Shown: piece after piece, positions 19,277 to 32,338 of the stretch | Layout: each line of letters starts with the position of its first letter | Numbering within the stretch: position 1 is the first letter of the stretch | Made by a program: the position numbers and the translations under genes | Assembly: GCA_015488555.1 (NCBI GenBank) | Contig: WFNO01000005.1 | Location: 1 to 62,251 of the forward strand | Direction: 5' to 3' | Origin: Gammaproteobacteria bacterium | GTDB lineage: Bacteria > Pseudomonadota > Gammaproteobacteria > SZUA-140 | DNA: 62,251 nucleotides | The notes under the pieces: generated by a model | What the model was told of the DNA's origin: nothing | What the model saw: the letters and a program-made list of their open reading frames with translations, nothing else | The model's database searches: none

Positions 19277-22200
19277 ATGAAGCAGTATTGCAAACAGCTC
19301 TCCGACCATTACGCCATTCCGGCAGTACCGTTCGCTCTAACTATGATCCTGATATGGGCAGCGAGCGGTATTGTACGCGCCGCACCTGGCACTCTGTCCC
19401 AGGTACCACTCTATTTGAATACCACCGTAGAACCCAACATCGTCTTCTTGTCCGATGATTCCACCAGCATGGATTGGGGCATGATGACCCCAGAAGAAGA
19501 AGAAGAAGGCACTATCCGGATCGGCCCAAGGCGATACTTTTATGCTCTGCCGGCAGAGGACAATCGCTTTTACTGGACCTTGGCCAGCGAAGAGGCACTG
19601 CTCAATATGGGTGTACCACATCCAGCAGATGGCGTGTGGCGCGCGCGCAACTCCGACTACAACAAGATCTACTATAACCCCGCTATCACCTACAAACCCT
19701 GGAAGGGCGTGAACATCAACGGTGACACCTACACAGATAGCCCCCCCACAGCTGCCTGGTTGGATCCCTACGATCCCTCCGCGGGCACCATGGACCTCAC
19801 TGCCCTGGTAAATTACGAAACTGAGCACGGCGATGATATAGAAGAATTTGAGGTAACCAACTATTATCCTGCCCGCTATTACACCTGGACGGACAGCAAT
19901 GGCAACGGGGAGGTGGATGCAGACGACGCCCACACCCTGGTGGAGATCACCGACACCCCCACGCCCATGACGCCCACACCCCCGGCCTTCTATATCGGTA
20001 GCGCTGAACGTACCGATTGCGCGGCCGCCCCTTTGTGCACCTATGAGGAAGAGATTCAGAACTTTGCCAATTGGTTCAGCTATTATCGAAAGCGCGAGTA
20101 CAGTGCCAAAAACGCCATCGGTGCCGTGGTCGCCGACATCAATTTCGGCCGCGTGGGTTATGGCACCCTGCACAACAACAACAATGTCAATATTCCAGTG
20201 GCCTCCATGAATACGAATCCCGCCACTGGAAATAAGCGTGCTGTCCTGGATCGCATCTATGCCACCACTTCAATCGGCGGGACCCCCTTGCGCGATCGCC
20301 TGCGCGATATAGGCCGCTACTTCGAGTGCGAGGATGGAAATTTCTTTGGCGTCAATGGTAGTAACTGCCCCATACTGCCTGCAGATCAGGGTGGCATGTG
20401 CCAGCAGAATTTCACTGTCCTCATGACCGATGGCTACTACAACGGCTGGTTCGACGGCCTGCCGAATCCCAATGCCGATGGCGACAACGACACGGCCTTC
20501 GACGGTGGCAGCTATGCGGACGGATTCAGCAACACCTTGGCTGATATCGCCATGCATTACTACGAGCGGGACCTGGCCATCGACTTGCCGAACGAAGTCC
20601 CCATCACTCCTGGAGTGGACGAAGCCTCGCATCAGCACATGGTCACCTATACCGTATCCTTCGGTGTTACAGGCACTCTCGACCCCGACGACACTAAGAC
20701 ACCCGGGGTGTCCAGCGACACAGACCCCACGGACCCGGCCTTCAGTTGGCCCGACCCCGACTCCGGCAATCCCCAGCGTATCGATGACCTGTGGCACGCC
20801 GCCTACAACGGACGTGGTCTGTTTCTGAGTGCCCACGATCCGGAATCCTTGAGCAAAGCCCTAAAAGATGCCCTGGTGGATGTCACTGAGCGTACCAGCA
20901 GTGCTGCAGCCGTAGCCTTCAATTCCACTAGTCTGGGCACTGGTACCGCAGTCTACCTGGCCCAGTTCAATTCCTCCTCCTGGCGAGGAGAATTGTACTC
21001 CTACGATCTCGATCCCTTCACCGGTGCCGTGGCCAGCACCCCCAATTGGCAAGCTTCTACGGTACTGGACAGGCAGGATCCAGCCAGCCGCTTCGTCATC
21101 ACCTATAATCGGGACACCAAGACTGGTGTACTATTCAAAAATCTGAACGACCTCGCAAAATTGCAGCAAGACGATCTCAACACCGGCCCAAGTGGCGTAC
21201 CCGATGGTCTGGGGCAAGATCGCATCGACTATCTGCGCGGCGACCGCAGCCATGAAGGCACGGGCAACAATTTCCGCATCCGCAGCAGCGTGCTTGGCGA
21301 CATCGTCCATTCCAACCCTGTCTACGTGGGTCAGCCGCGCATGAACTATCCAGATGCCTCGCCTTTCGGCACCGGCAGTGATGCCTATTCCAGCTTCAAG
21401 AGCGCTTGGGAAAATCGTGAAGGCGTGATCTACATCGGAGCCAATGACGGTATGCTGCACGGTTTCCGGGAAAGCGATGGTAAGGAAGTCCTGGCCTATG
21501 TTCCTTATGCCTTGTTCTCCACGGACGCCACCGCTGGCTTGCACTATCTGACCGATCCCGGGTATACCCACCGCTATTACGTGGATCTCAGCCCCGCGGT
21601 ATCCGATGTACGCATCAAGACGACGCCTTCCGGTTCCGTCGCCTGGCGCACCATTCTCGTCGGCGGCCTGCGTGCCGGTGGTCGCGGCCTGTTCGCCCTG
21701 GACATCACCGATCCCAGCAAGTTCACGGACACCTACGCGGATGACCTGGTACTGTGGGAATTTAGCAGCGAGGACGATCCAGACCTGGGATACACTTTCA
21801 GCAAGCCCATCATCGCACTCATGAACAATGGCCAATGGGCCGCCGTATTCGGCAACGGTTATAACGATACCGGCGACGGCGAAGCCAAGTTGTTCATCCT
21901 CTTCCTGGAAGGCGGCCTGGACGGCGTCTGGACCGCAGGCACCGACTACATCGAGATCACCACCAAGGCTGTGGACGGCCTGTCCTCGGTGAATCTGGTA
22001 GATCTGGATGGCAATGGCACTCCCGACCGTGCCTACGCCGGCGATCTCAACGGTAACCTGTGGGCCTTCGATCTCTCCGGCAGAGACGCCTCCAGTTGGG
22101 ACGTGGCCTACAAGACTGGCTCCACTCCCCAACCCCTATTCTCCTCGCCCGGTCAGCCCATCACTGCCAAGCCGGTGGCCGCCAAACAATTGGTCTCGGT

Positions 22201-22834
22201 GCAGGGCAATAACAACGATCCCAATCTCATGGTCTTTTTCGGAACTGGCCAGTACCTGGTAGACAGTGACCGCACCTCCACCGCCACTCAGTCCTTCTAC
22301 GGAATTTGGGACCATGGCAAGAAGAACATCGGCCGCGGGGACCTTCTGGCCCAGACCATCTCCTATCCCACGGCCGATACCCGTGTCACCACTGACACCA
22401 TGGTGGATTACAACACGCAGGACGGTTGGTATATCGACCTGGAGAGCGGCGAACGGGTAGCGGTCAACCCCAAGGTGCGGGGTGAATACGTGTTCTTCAA
22501 TACCCTCATTCCCGAGAGCACGCCTTGCACCTTCGGCGGCGACGGCTGGCTCATGGTGGTACGTCAGATCAACGGTGGCACGCCTGAGAAGCCAGTCTTC
22601 GACATCAACAACGACTTCGAAGTGGACGAATCGGACGTGGTGGACGACTCTGGCACCACCCGCGCCCCTGCCGGCCTTCGTTTCAATGAGGGCATCCCGG
22701 CCGAGTCCAATTTTCTGAGCAATAACCAGTATACGCCGGGCAGCAGTGGTGAACTGGTACAAAAAGCCATCGATGCTGGCTTGAATACCAGCCAGGGACG
22801 TCTGTCCTGGCAGGAATTGCGGCCCGACAACTGA
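19277..22834 (+). CDS. pilY1: Type IV pilus tip adhesin PilY1
   Basis: N-terminal vWA-like DDSTSM/GTPL/LMTDG, NFANWFSYY, LGDIVHS, GANDGMLHGF, Ca-loop DLDGNGTPD, GRLSWQEL. Confidence 0.93.
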   Translation: MKQYCKQLSDHYAIPAVPFALTMILIWAASGIVRAAPGTLSQVPLYLNTTVEPNIVFLSDDSTSMDWGMMTPEEEEEGTIRIGPRRYFYALPAEDNRFYWTLASEEALLNMGVPHPADGVWRARNSDYNKIYYNPAITYKPWKGVNINGDTYTDSPPTAAWLDPYDPSAGTMDLTALVNYETEHGDDIEEFEVTNYYPARYYTWTDSNGNGEVDADDAHTLVEITDTPTPMTPTPPAFYIGSAERTDCAAAPLCTYEEEIQNFANWFSYYRKREYSAKNAIGAVVADINFGRVGYGTLHNNNNVNIPVASMNTNPATGNKRAVLDRIYATTSIGGTPLRDRLRDIGRYFECEDGNFFGVNGSNCPILPADQGGMCQQNFTVLMTDGYYNGWFDGLPNPNADGDNDTAFDGGSYADGFSNTLADIAMHYYERDLAIDLPNEVPITPGVDEASHQHMVTYTVSFGVTGTLDPDDTKTPGVSSDTDPTDPAFSWPDPDSGNPQRIDDLWHAAYNGRGLFLSAHDPESLSKALKDALVDVTERTSSAAAVAFNSTSLGTGTAVYLAQFNSSSWRGELYSYDLDPFTGAVASTPNWQASTVLDRQDPASRFVITYNRDTKTGVLFKNLNDLAKLQQDDLNTGPSGVPDGLGQDRIDYLRGDRSHEGTGNNFRIRSSVLGDIVHSNPVYVGQPRMNYPDASPFGTGSDAYSSFKSAWENREGVIYIGANDGMLHGFRESDGKEVLAYVPYALFSTDATAGLHYLTDPGYTHRYYVDLSPAVSDVRIKTTPSGSVAWRTILVGGLRAGGRGLFALDITDPSKFTDTYADDLVLWEFSSEDDPDLGYTFSKPIIALMNNGQWAAVFGNGYNDTGDGEAKLFILFLEGGLDGVWTAGTDYIEITTKAVDGLSSVNLVDLDGNGTPDRAYAGDLNGNLWAFDLSGRDASSWDVAYKTGSTPQPLFSSPGQPITAKPVAAKQLVSVQGNNNDPNLMVFFGTGQYLVDSDRTSTATQSFYGIWDHGKKNIGRGDLLAQTISYPTADTRVTTDTMVDYNTQDGWYIDLESGERVAVNPKVRGEYVFFNTLIPESTPCTFGGDGWLMVVRQINGGTPEKPVFDINNDFEVDESDVVDDSGTTRAPAGLRFNEGIPAESNFLSNNQYTPGSSGELVQKAIDAGLNTSQGRLSWQELRPDN

Positions 22835-22847
22835 GATAACCGACGCA

Positions 22848-23261
22848 ATGGAGAAAGCGCACATGGCATCACAATATCTCGCACAGCAAGCGATCCGCCT
22901 CTTCTGGACAGTACTGCTGGCGACAACGACATTGCTACCGGCTATCGCCAGTGCCCATGAACTCCCAGAATACTATCCTGCAGGGTTCCAGTTGGTGGGC
23001 ACTATCCAACGCATCGATACCAGTCGCAATCTGCTGGTACTCGACGACGTTCGCCTGCCCTATAGCCCCAACTTCAAGGTGCACACCCTGAACACCGAAT
23101 TTGGGACTATCCATGACCTGCGCCCAGGACTCAAGATCGGAGTCAAAATGTTACCCGCCCGTAATGGCCAGTTTTTAATCTCTGAGGTCTGGGTGCTACC
23201 CAAAGACTACCGCCAGCATTTCCGTGTTACACCATCGCGTCCCGGAGGAGGAAAATCATGA
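22848..23261 (+). CDS. Small exported protein in the PilY2 position
   Basis: Signal peptide; short beta-rich domain; lies between pilY1 and pilE. Confidence 0.6.
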   Translation: MEKAHMASQYLAQQAIRLFWTVLLATTTLLPAIASAHELPEYYPAGFQLVGTIQRIDTSRNLLVLDDVRLPYSPNFKVHTLNTEFGTIHDLRPGLKIGVKMLPARNGQFLISEVWVLPKDYRQHFRVTPSRPGGGKS

Positions 23262-23680
23262 ATGGGAGACGCCACGATCGGATACTCACATGGGAATACA
23301 CACGGGGCTTTACACTCATCGAACTGGTGATCGCAATGGCCATCATCGGCTTGCTGGCAGCCCTGGCGTACCCAGCCTACAACAGCCATATGACGCAGAC
23401 ACGGCGCAGCGACGGCCAAGCTGCTCTACTGGACATCATGGCCAAGCAGGAGCGCTACTACACGGAAAATCATACCTACACCACCGACCTGTCCGAGCTG
23501 CCAGCCAAACCTACCAGCAAGGAAGGATTCTACACCATCAGCGTCAGCACCTGCGATACGGGCACTATCGCCCAATGCGTACAACTCACCGCGACCCCCG
23601 TGAGCGGCGGTCCCCAGGAGTCCGATGGTCCCCTGACCCTGAACTCCAGAGGACAGAAAACCCCTGTAGACAAGTGGTAA
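23258..23680 (+). CDS. pilE: Type IV minor pilin PilE
   Basis: GFTLIELVI, AYPAY, RRSDGQAAL, QERYY, LTLNSRGQK. Confidence 0.92.
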   Translation: MNGRRHDRILTWEYTRGFTLIELVIAMAIIGLLAALAYPAYNSHMTQTRRSDGQAALLDIMAKQERYYTENHTYTTDLSELPAKPTSKEGFYTISVSTCDTGTIAQCVQLTATPVSGGPQESDGPLTLNSRGQKTPVDKW

Positions 23681-23821
23681 GCCACGGCATGACGCCCCCT
23701 GAAGAACGCTCCGAATCCCACTGCACAGAGGCATCGCCCGTACTAACTACCGGCATCTGGCCGAAAGGAAAGGACTAGGATGAGACAGATGGAAGAACGA
23801 CTACGATAGAACCCGGACAAT

Positions 23822-24778
23822 CTACCGGCCGCGGACCTGCGGTGCCGCAACCTGTAATTCCCGCGGCAAAGAGAACACCACGTCTTCGCTACGCCCGTCC
23901 AGTTCGACGACCGGTCCGCCTCCCCATTCCAGCAGACGCTGGACCACTTCCTGTACGAGAATCTCGGGTACCGAGGCCCCAGCCGTCACGCCTACCCGCG
24001 TCATATTCTCCAACCAGGCACGCCGAATCTCCACCGCCGAATCGATGAGATAGGCTTCGGCCCCTTCCCGCTCGGCGATTTCGCGCAAGCGGTTGGAGTT
24101 GGAACTGTTGCGCGACCCCACCACCAGTACCAGCTTGCAAGCGGCCGCCAGGCGCTTCACCGCATCCTGGCGGTTCTGAGTAGCATAGCAGATATCATCC
24201 TTGCGCGGCCCGACGATGCGCGGAAAGCGTGCCTTCAGAGCGGCGATGATCTGCGCCGTATCGTCCACAGACAGGGTAGTCTGAGTCACATAGGCCAATC
24301 GCTCGGGATCACGGACCTGCAGACGTGCGACATCGGCCTCCATCTCCACCAGATACATGCTGCCTTGTCCTTCCCGGCACTGTCCCAGAGTCCCTTCCAC
24401 CTCGGGATGTCCAGCATGGCCGATGAGCACGCATTCCCGGCCTTCCGCTAGATGACGGGCCACCTCCACATGGACCTTGGTCACCAGCGGGCAAGTGGCG
24501 TCGAAGACTTGCAATTCCCGAGCCGCAGCCTCTTCCCGTACCGCTTGCGACACACCGTGGGCGCTGAAGACCACTGCCGTGCGCGGCGGCACCTCGTGCA
24601 ACTCTTCCACGAATACAGCCCCGCGCTCACGCAGACGCTCCACCACATAGCGGTTGTGCACCACTTCGTGCCGTACGTAGACCGGGGCACCGCATTGGGC
24701 CAGCACCTGTTCCACGATCTCGATAGCACGATTGACGCCTGCACAGAAACCGCGTGGATTGGCCAGCAAGATCTCCAT
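23822..24778 (-). CDS. ispH: 4-hydroxy-3-methylbut-2-enyl diphosphate reductase
   Basis: [49 protein letters not shown]. Confidence 0.97.
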   Translation of the reverse strand: MEILLANPRGFCAGVNRAIEIVEQVLAQCGAPVYVRHEVVHNRYVVERLRERGAVFVEELHEVPPRTAVVFSAHGVSQAVREEAAARELQVFDATCPLVTKVHVEVARHLAEGRECVLIGHAGHPEVEGTLGQCREGQGSMYLVEMEADVARLQVRDPERLAYVTQTTLSVDDTAQIIAALKARFPRIVGPRKDDICYATQNRQDAVKRLAAACKLVLVVGSRNSSNSNRLREIAEREGAEAYLIDSAVEIRRAWLENMTRVGVTAGASVPEILVQEVVQRLLEWGGGPVVELDGRSEDVVFSLPRELQVAAPQVRGR

Positions 24779-24780
24779 GA

Positions 24781-25320
24781 TCACCCATCCTCTCTCGAAC
24801 CCAGCTTCGTTCCGGATGGCGAAGCTCGCCCGGGCCTGCGGAAGCTGTCGGCGATCAGCAGTACCGCCCCCACGGTGATAGCGGAGTCCGCCACGTTGAA
24901 GGCTGGCCAGTGCCAGTCCCGGTAATAGACATCGATGAAGTCTACCACATAGCCCAGCTGCAAGCGGTCCCAGACATTGCCCAAAGCACCACCCAGCACC
25001 AGTGCCAAGGCCGTACCCTGCCACTTCTCTTCGCGTGGCAGGCGACGTAACCACCACACGATCACCGCACTCACTATCAAAGCCACCCCCGTAAAGAACC
25101 AACGCTGCCAACCACCTGCATCGCTGAGTAGGCTGAAGGCTGCACCGGGGTTGTGCACCAGGGTCAGATTGAGGAAGGGCAATACGGGCAGTGGCTGATG
25201 CAGTTCCAGGAAACGACTGGCCAGAGCCTTGGTGCTCTGATCCAGGACCACCACCACTGCCGCCAAGGCCAGCCAGCCCATGGGCCAACGCTGCGTCTCG
25301 TGTCCGCTGGAAATGTCCAT
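24781..25320 (-). CDS. lspA: Lipoprotein signal peptidase II
   Basis: [35 protein letters not shown]. Confidence 0.96.
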   Translation of the reverse strand: MDISSGHETQRWPMGWLALAAVVVVLDQSTKALASRFLELHQPLPVLPFLNLTLVHNPGAAFSLLSDAGGWQRWFFTGVALIVSAVIVWWLRRLPREEKWQGTALALVLGGALGNVWDRLQLGYVVDFIDVYYRDWHWPAFNVADSAITVGAVLLIADSFRRPGRASPSGTKLGSREDG

Positions 25321-25326
25321 GGTCCT

Positions 25327-28164
25327 TCAGGCGTAGCAGCGCACTTCGCCCGCTCCGGTGACGTTGCACAGGCAACGGCCGCAGAGTCCCGGATGATCGG
25401 CATCGCGGCCCACGTCCGGCCGGTGATGCCAGCAGCGCACGCACTTGGGATGCGGCGAGCGCTTCGCCACCACCCACAAGCCGTCACCACCCTGGGTGAC
25501 CCCGGCTGGGCGTTCCCCTTCTGGATGCAGGCGGGCCTCGGAAGTGATGAGCACGAAGCGCAACTCGTCCTCCAGACGAGAGAGAAGCCGGTACCGCTCC
25601 GGCGCACAATAGAGATCCACCTCAGCGTCCAAGGAGGCCCCGATCTCTCCGGCCACCCGTATTTTTTCCAACTCTTGGCTCACCGCCTCGCGCACCCCGA
25701 TTACCTGGTCCCAGAAAGCGAAATCCATGGACCCGGCCTGCAGCCGTTCGGGGAAGTCCTCCACCACCTGGTACCAGGTCTCCAGAAACACCGAGTCACC
25801 TCGCCTGCCTGGGATATGCTGCCAGATGTCCTCGGCGGTGAAACTGAGAATGGGGGCGATCCAGCGTACCAGGGCCTCCACTACGTGATAGAGGGCGCTC
25901 TGGGCCGAGCGCCGCGCCAGGCTGTCGGCCGGCGTGGTGTACTGGCGGTCCTTGATGATGTCCAGATAGAAGGCCCCCATGTCCACGGTGCAGAAGTTGT
26001 GTACCTTCTGATAGATCTGATGGAATTCGAAGTCTTCGTAGGCGCGGCGAATCTCCCCTTGCAGCTGCCCCGCCCGCGCTACCGCCCAGCGGTCCAGGGC
26101 CAGCATCTCGGACTCCGGGATCAGGTGAGCGGCGGGATCGAAGCCGTTGAGATTGGCCAGCAGGAAGCGCGCCGTATTGCGCATGCGCCGGTAGGCATCG
26201 GCCATGCGCTTGAGAATCTCCTCGGAGACACTCATCTCCCCGCGGTAGTCGATGGCCGCCACCCACAGGCGCAGGATGTCGGCTCCCAGCGTATCCACCA
26301 CCTTCTGCGGGGCGATGACGTTGCCCAGGGACTTGGACATCTTGCGCCCCTGGGCATCCACCGTGAAACCGTGCGTGAGCACGGTGCGGTAGGGCGCCCG
26401 CCCGTCCATGGCCACGCCGGTGAGCAGGGAGGATTGGAACCAGCCGCGATGCTGGTCGGAACCCTCCAGATAGAGATCGGCTGGCCAGGCCAATTGCGGG
26501 TTGCGGCGCAATACGCAGAAATGGGTGACCCCTGAATCGAACCACACGTCCAGGGTGTCCTTCACCTTGTCGTAGTCGGCGGCCTCCTCGCCCAGCAATT
26601 CCGCCGCATCCAGCGCGAACCAGGCTTCGATACCGCCCTCCGCCACCCGGCGCGCCACTGCCTCCAGCAGCTCTCCGGTACGAGGATGCAGTTCACCGGT
26701 GCGCTTGTGGGTGAACAACGGAATGGGTACCCCCCAGGTCCGCTGGCGGGAGATACACCAGTCGGGGCGCCCCGCCACCATGGCCTCGATGCGCGCCCGC
26801 CCCCATTCCGGCAGCCAGCGCACCTCACCGATGGCCTGCAGCGCCGCCTCCCGCAACCCCGCCTGGTCCATGCTGATGAACCACTGGGGCGTGGCACGAA
26901 AGATGATAGGCGTCTTGTGCCGCCAGCAATGGGGATAGCTGTGGGTGAGGGCCTCCTCGTGGAGCAACATGTCCCGGGCCTTGAGCACCTCGATGACATG
27001 GTCGTTGGCGGTGAACACGTGTTCGCCCTCGAACAAGGGCGTGCCAGGCCGAAAACGCCCTTCCCCATCCACGGGGTTGTCCACCGGCAGGCCGTAGCAG
27101 CTGCCCACCACGTAGTCCTCCTGGCCGTGCCCGGGCGCGGTGTGCACGGCCCCGGTGCCGCTCTCCGCCGTCACGTGCTCGCCGAGGACGATGGGTACCT
27201 CGCGCGCGTAGAAGGGATGCTGCAGCTTGAGTCCTTCCAGATCCGCGCCCTTGCAATAGGCGAGCACGTGGTAGTCTTCGATGCCGTAGCGCAACATGAC
27301 GTCCTTGAGCAGGGCATCGGCCAACAGCAGGCGCTCGGGCCCGCGCTCGGTGGTGCACTGCACCACCACATAGTCGAATTCCGGATTGAGGGCCACCGCC
27401 TGATTGGCCGGCAACGTCCAGGGTGTGGTGGTCCAGATCACCACCGACAAGGGCCCAGAACCTTCGTGCCCCGGCACGTGATGGCAGCGCGCCAGCAGGG
27501 CCTCTTCGTCCAGCACTTCGAAACGCACGTCGATGGCGGGCGAAGTGCGCTCGGCATATTCCACCTCGGCCTCCGCCAGCGCGGAACCACAGTCGCTGCA
27601 CCAATGCACGGGCTTGTAGCCCTTGTGCAGATGGCCGCGCTCGATGATCCGGCCGAGGGCACGGATGATGTCCGCCTCGAAGGCGAAATCCATGGTGAGA
27701 TAGGGTTGCGACCAGTCTCCCAGCACCCCCAGGCGCTGGAAATCACGCCGCTGTCGCTCCACCTGGCGGGCGGCGTACTCGCGGCAGGCCCGGCGGAACC
27801 GGTTGGCCTCCACCTGCACCCCCGCCTTGCCGATCCGTTTCTCCACGTTGAGTTCGATGGGCAGGCCGTGGCAATCCCAGCCCGGCACGTAAGGGGCGTC
27901 ATAGCCCTCCAGGGACTTGGCCTTGACGATGATGTCCTTGAGTACCTTGTTGACGGCGTGGCCGATGTGGATCTCGCCGTTGGCATAGGGCGGGCCGTCG
28001 TGGAGGACGTATTTGGGGGCGCCGGCGCGTGCTTCGCGCAACCGGCGGTAGAGATCCATCTCCTGCCAGGCCGCCAGGAACTGGGGCTCGCGCTGGGCCA
28101 GGTTGGCCTTCATGGCGAAGGCCGTGCGCGGCAGATTCAGGGTGGCTTTGTAGTCTTCACTCAT
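25327..28164 (-). CDS. ileS: Isoleucine--tRNA ligase
   Basis: [29 protein letters not shown] and a C-terminal CVRCW...CGRC zinc finger. Confidence 0.98.
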   Translation of the reverse strand: MSEDYKATLNLPRTAFAMKANLAQREPQFLAAWQEMDLYRRLREARAGAPKYVLHDGPPYANGEIHIGHAVNKVLKDIIVKAKSLEGYDAPYVPGWDCHGLPIELNVEKRIGKAGVQVEANRFRRACREYAARQVERQRRDFQRLGVLGDWSQPYLTMDFAFEADIIRALGRIIERGHLHKGYKPVHWCSDCGSALAEAEVEYAERTSPAIDVRFEVLDEEALLARCHHVPGHEGSGPLSVVIWTTTPWTLPANQAVALNPEFDYVVVQCTTERGPERLLLADALLKDVMLRYGIEDYHVLAYCKGADLEGLKLQHPFYAREVPIVLGEHVTAESGTGAVHTAPGHGQEDYVVGSCYGLPVDNPVDGEGRFRPGTPLFEGEHVFTANDHVIEVLKARDMLLHEEALTHSYPHCWRHKTPIIFRATPQWFISMDQAGLREAALQAIGEVRWLPEWGRARIEAMVAGRPDWCISRQRTWGVPIPLFTHKRTGELHPRTGELLEAVARRVAEGGIEAWFALDAAELLGEEAADYDKVKDTLDVWFDSGVTHFCVLRRNPQLAWPADLYLEGSDQHRGWFQSSLLTGVAMDGRAPYRTVLTHGFTVDAQGRKMSKSLGNVIAPQKVVDTLGADILRLWVAAIDYRGEMSVSEEILKRMADAYRRMRNTARFLLANLNGFDPAAHLIPESEMLALDRWAVARAGQLQGEIRRAYEDFEFHQIYQKVHNFCTVDMGAFYLDIIKDRQYTTPADSLARRSAQSALYHVVEALVRWIAPILSFTAEDIWQHIPGRRGDSVFLETWYQVVEDFPERLQAGSMDFAFWDQVIGVREAVSQELEKIRVAGEIGASLDAEVDLYCAPERYRLLSRLEDELRFVLITSEARLHPEGERPAGVTQGGDGLWVVAKRSPHPKCVRCWHHRPDVGRDADHPGLCGRCLCNVTGAGEVRCYA

Positions 28165-28239
28165 GAAACATGGCGCTCGTCGTTTTCGATGCTGCGTGCA
28201 ACACCCGCCCGGCGACCGGGGTACGGCACCAGACCGGAA

Positions 28240-29220
<981 letters not shown>

Positions 29221-29400
29221 TGCGCCAATTTCATCGATCCCAATTTCAACTCAATGGTTTCACCCAATCCCGTTCGGTGCCATCGCCGGCGCACCCGCGA
29301 AATGCTGCATTATAGCACCACAGTAGTGCTGCAGCGCCGCGATCTCAAAACCGGGATTAAAACAGGGATACAAAAAGGGGGCACGTCCAAAGGGAAAGGT

Positions 29401-30957
29401 TCAACCGCGCAGCAGGGTGCGCAGGTGCAGGCCCGCCAGGCGCAAGACCAGGAAATAACTTCCCGCGCCCACCACCACCAGCCCCGCCAGCACCGCTGCC
29501 CGGGTCGGCCAGCTCCAGCCGCCCCAGTGCGCCATCTCCGCGGACAGCGCATGGAGCAGCCCGGCCATCGCCAGACTGGCCACGGCCACCTGCACTAGCA
29601 GGCGCCCCCAGCCGGGAGCTGGCCGATAACCGGCATCGCGGCGCAGCCAGACCAGGAGCAATCCGGCATTGAGGAAGGCGGCCAGCGAGGTGGCCAGTGC
29701 CAAACCGGCATGGGGGCCGGGCACATCCAGCAACACCATGGGCACCACGAAGGCCACGTTGAGCCCCATGTTGGCCACCATGGCCACCACGGCGGCGCGT
29801 ACCGGGGTGCGCGTGTCCTGGCGGGCATAGAATCCCGGGGCCAGCACTTTCACCAGAATGAAGCCCACCAGGCCCAGGGCATAGGCCATGAGGCTCAGGC
29901 GGGACATGGCCACGTCTTCCAGGGTGAAGGCCCCGTACTGGAACAGGGTCACCAGGAGCGGCCCGGCCAGCACCACCAGGGCCACCGCCGCAGGCACGCC
30001 GATGACCACCGCCAGGCGCAGGGCCCAGTCCAGGGTGGCGAGGAAGGCCCTGGGGTCGTCCTCGGCATGGCGCCGGGACAGGGCCGGCAGGATCACGGTG
30101 GCCAGAGCGATACCGAACACCCCCAAAGGAAACTCCACCAGGCGGTCGGAGAAATAGAGCCAGCTGACGCTACCGGTCACCAGGAAGGAAGCGATGAGGG
30201 TATCGAACAAGAGATTGATCTGCGCCACGGAGGAGCCGAAGATCCCGGGCAGCATGAGCCGTACCACCCGCTGTACCCCTTCGTGCCGCCAGTGCAAGCG
30301 CGGCCGTGGCAAGAGCCCCAGGGCCCGCAGATAGGGCAACTGGAAGAGCAGCTGTACCACCCCGGCCAGCAATACCCCCCAGGCCAGTGCGGTCACCGGC
30401 TCCGCCAGCCGCGGGGCCAGCCACAGGGCCGCGGCGATGAGGCAGAGATTGAGCAGGGCTGGCGTAAAAGCGGGGACGGCGAAGCGCCCGTAACTGTTGA
30501 GGATACCGCCAGCCAGGGCGGTGAGCGAAATAAACAGGATGTAAGGAAAGGTGATGCGGATCATCTCCGCCGTGAGGTCGAACTTGGCCGACTCCTGCAA
30601 GAAGCCCGGGGCGAAGATCAACACCAGCAAGGGCGCCGCCACGATGCCCGCCACCGTCACCAGGCACAACACCCCGCCCAACACGCCCACCACGCTGTCC
30701 ACCAATTGCCGAACCGCGGCGCCATCGCGCCGGCTCTTGTATTCGGCAAGCACCGGCACGAAGGCCTGGGAGAAGGCCCCCTCCCCGAACAGGCGGCGCA
30801 GGAAATTGGGAATCTTGAAGGCGACGAAAAAGGCATCCGCCCCCACGCCGGCCCCGAAGGCACGCGCGATGACGATGTCGCGCAGCAGCCCCAGCACCCG
30901 AGAGATGCCGGTCATGGCCCCCACCGTGGCGGTGGAACGCAGCAAGCGCCGGCTCAT
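29401..30957 (-). CDS. murJ: Lipid II flippase
   Basis: SRVLGLLRD, AFKIPNFLRRLFGEGAFSQAFVP, DRLVEFPLG, FYARQDTRTP. Confidence 0.97.
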   Translation of the reverse strand: MSRRLLRSTATVGAMTGISRVLGLLRDIVIARAFGAGVGADAFFVAFKIPNFLRRLFGEGAFSQAFVPVLAEYKSRRDGAAVRQLVDSVVGVLGGVLCLVTVAGIVAAPLLVLIFAPGFLQESAKFDLTAEMIRITFPYILFISLTALAGGILNSYGRFAVPAFTPALLNLCLIAAALWLAPRLAEPVTALAWGVLLAGVVQLLFQLPYLRALGLLPRPRLHWRHEGVQRVVRLMLPGIFGSSVAQINLLFDTLIASFLVTGSVSWLYFSDRLVEFPLGVFGIALATVILPALSRRHAEDDPRAFLATLDWALRLAVVIGVPAAVALVVLAGPLLVTLFQYGAFTLEDVAMSRLSLMAYALGLVGFILVKVLAPGFYARQDTRTPVRAAVVAMVANMGLNVAFVVPMVLLDVPGPHAGLALATSLAAFLNAGLLLVWLRRDAGYRPAPGWGRLLVQVAVASLAMAGLLHALSAEMAHWGGWSWPTRAAVLAGLVVVGAGSYFLVLRLAGLHLRTLLRG

Positions 30958-31225
30958 GGACGGCGGCCTACCCGCCGGTGCACCGGCATGCAACGAGCGC
31001 CTCCCGGCGGGCGCAAAGCCGGGGGTACTTCGACAGCGGGCGGAACGCAAGGGCGGTGGGAAAGAGAAGGGCTGGGGCGCGAGCACACAGTGCCGGACAT
31101 CGGCGGGATGATACTGGCCTGTAGCATGCGGTACAAGTTTCCTCCCCCCCAGTTTCGTCCCCAACTTTGTCTACCAGGTCCCCACCCCCTTATCGGCGGC
31201 GCCAACATCCATTTCCAGCGCTCAT

Positions 31226-31254
31226 TTGACAAACAGGCCCAAAATCCTCATAGT
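31226..31254 (+). promoter_or_regulatory. Putative sigma70 promoter of rpsT
   Basis: TTGACA-17 bp-CATAGT upstream of the rpsT RBS. Confidence 0.55.
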
Positions 31255-31295
31255 ATTTGCCCTTTCACGAGTCTGGTAGTAGAGGAGATCTGCGA

Positions 31296-31562
31296 TTGGC
31301 CAATTCAGCACAGGCAAGAAAGCGGGCGCGGCAGGCGGAGAAACGCAGGGCGCACAATCGCAAGTTGCGTTCGCGCATGCGCACCGCCGTGAAGAAGGTG
31401 CGCAAGGCCATCGAAGCCGGAGACCGCGAACAGGCCCTGACCGCCTTCCGTGAGGCCGAGCCCGTGATCGACAAGATGGCCCGCAAGGGTATCATCCACA
31501 AGAACAGGGCGGCGCGTCAGAAGAGCCGCCTGGCCAACCATCTGCGCGCCCTTCAGGGTTGA
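31296..31562 (+). CDS. rpsT: 30S ribosomal protein S20
   Basis: TTG start after AGAGGAG; [34 protein letters not shown]. Confidence 0.97.
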   Translation: MANSAQARKRARQAEKRRAHNRKLRSRMRTAVKKVRKAIEAGDREQALTAFREAEPVIDKMARKGIIHKNRAARQKSRLANHLRALQG

Positions 31563-31637
31563 GGCGCGGTCTGCCCCGCGTTTTCTTTCTCTGACCTCCC
31601 TTTTCCGGCAAAGTGAGGCTGGCTTTCAGCCGGTCCC

Positions 31638-32159
31638 TCATCCAGTGGGCATTCGGGCATTGGATGCGGGCGGTGGGGCATCCTGGCCGCACAAGATATA
31701 GGGGGCGAATTCCTCCAGGGCTTGGCGATAAACCCGTCGCTTGAAGGCCACCACCTCGCGCAGAGGCCCCCAATAGTCGATCCAGCGCCAGTAATCGAAC
31801 TCGGGGTGGTCGGTGAGATCGAACCGCACCTTGCTCTCGTCGCACAACAGTCGCAGCATGAACCAGATCTGCTTCTGGCCGATGCACACGGGCTTGCTGT
31901 GGCGGCGGATCAGGCGCCGGGGCAGGCGATAGCGCAGCCAGTCCCGGGTGCGGGCGATGAGGTGCACGTCTCCGGGTTGCAGGCCCACTTCCTCGCGCAA
32001 TTCCCGGTACATGGCCTCTTCTGGGGTCTCATGGGGGGCGATGCCGCCCTGGGGGAACTGCCAGGCATTCTGGCCGATACGGCGTGCCCACAACAGCTGG
32101 CCCGCCTGATTGCTCAGGATGATGCCTACATTCGGTCTGTATCCGTCGCCGTCGATCAC
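31638..32159 (-). CDS. rppH: RNA pyrophosphohydrolase
   Basis: GTG start; [20 protein letters not shown], Nudix box [18 protein letters not shown]. Confidence 0.96.
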   Translation of the reverse strand: MIDGDGYRPNVGIILSNQAGQLLWARRIGQNAWQFPQGGIAPHETPEEAMYRELREEVGLQPGDVHLIARTRDWLRYRLPRRLIRRHSKPVCIGQKQIWFMLRLLCDESKVRFDLTDHPEFDYWRWIDYWGPLREVVAFKRRVYRQALEEFAPYILCGQDAPPPASNARMPTG

Positions 32160-32338
32160 TGCTCCATCACCCTGTATGCTTGTGTTAATTTTCCCACAAT
32201 CGGCTCCGGCCCCGCAAATAGCCGGGTAGGAGCGAGGCGCAGGCCGCCCCAACTCCGAACTGGATCGCAGACGGGACTTCGGCCGAGGACCTGCCGCCGG
32301 ATGATTAGATTTTTACTTTAGAAACATGAGGTTGACAA

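Noticed and set aside
23822-25477. 551-aa ORF suggesting an N-terminally extended or fused IspH
   Set aside because: The extension overlaps lspA in another frame; IspH homology starts at 24778.
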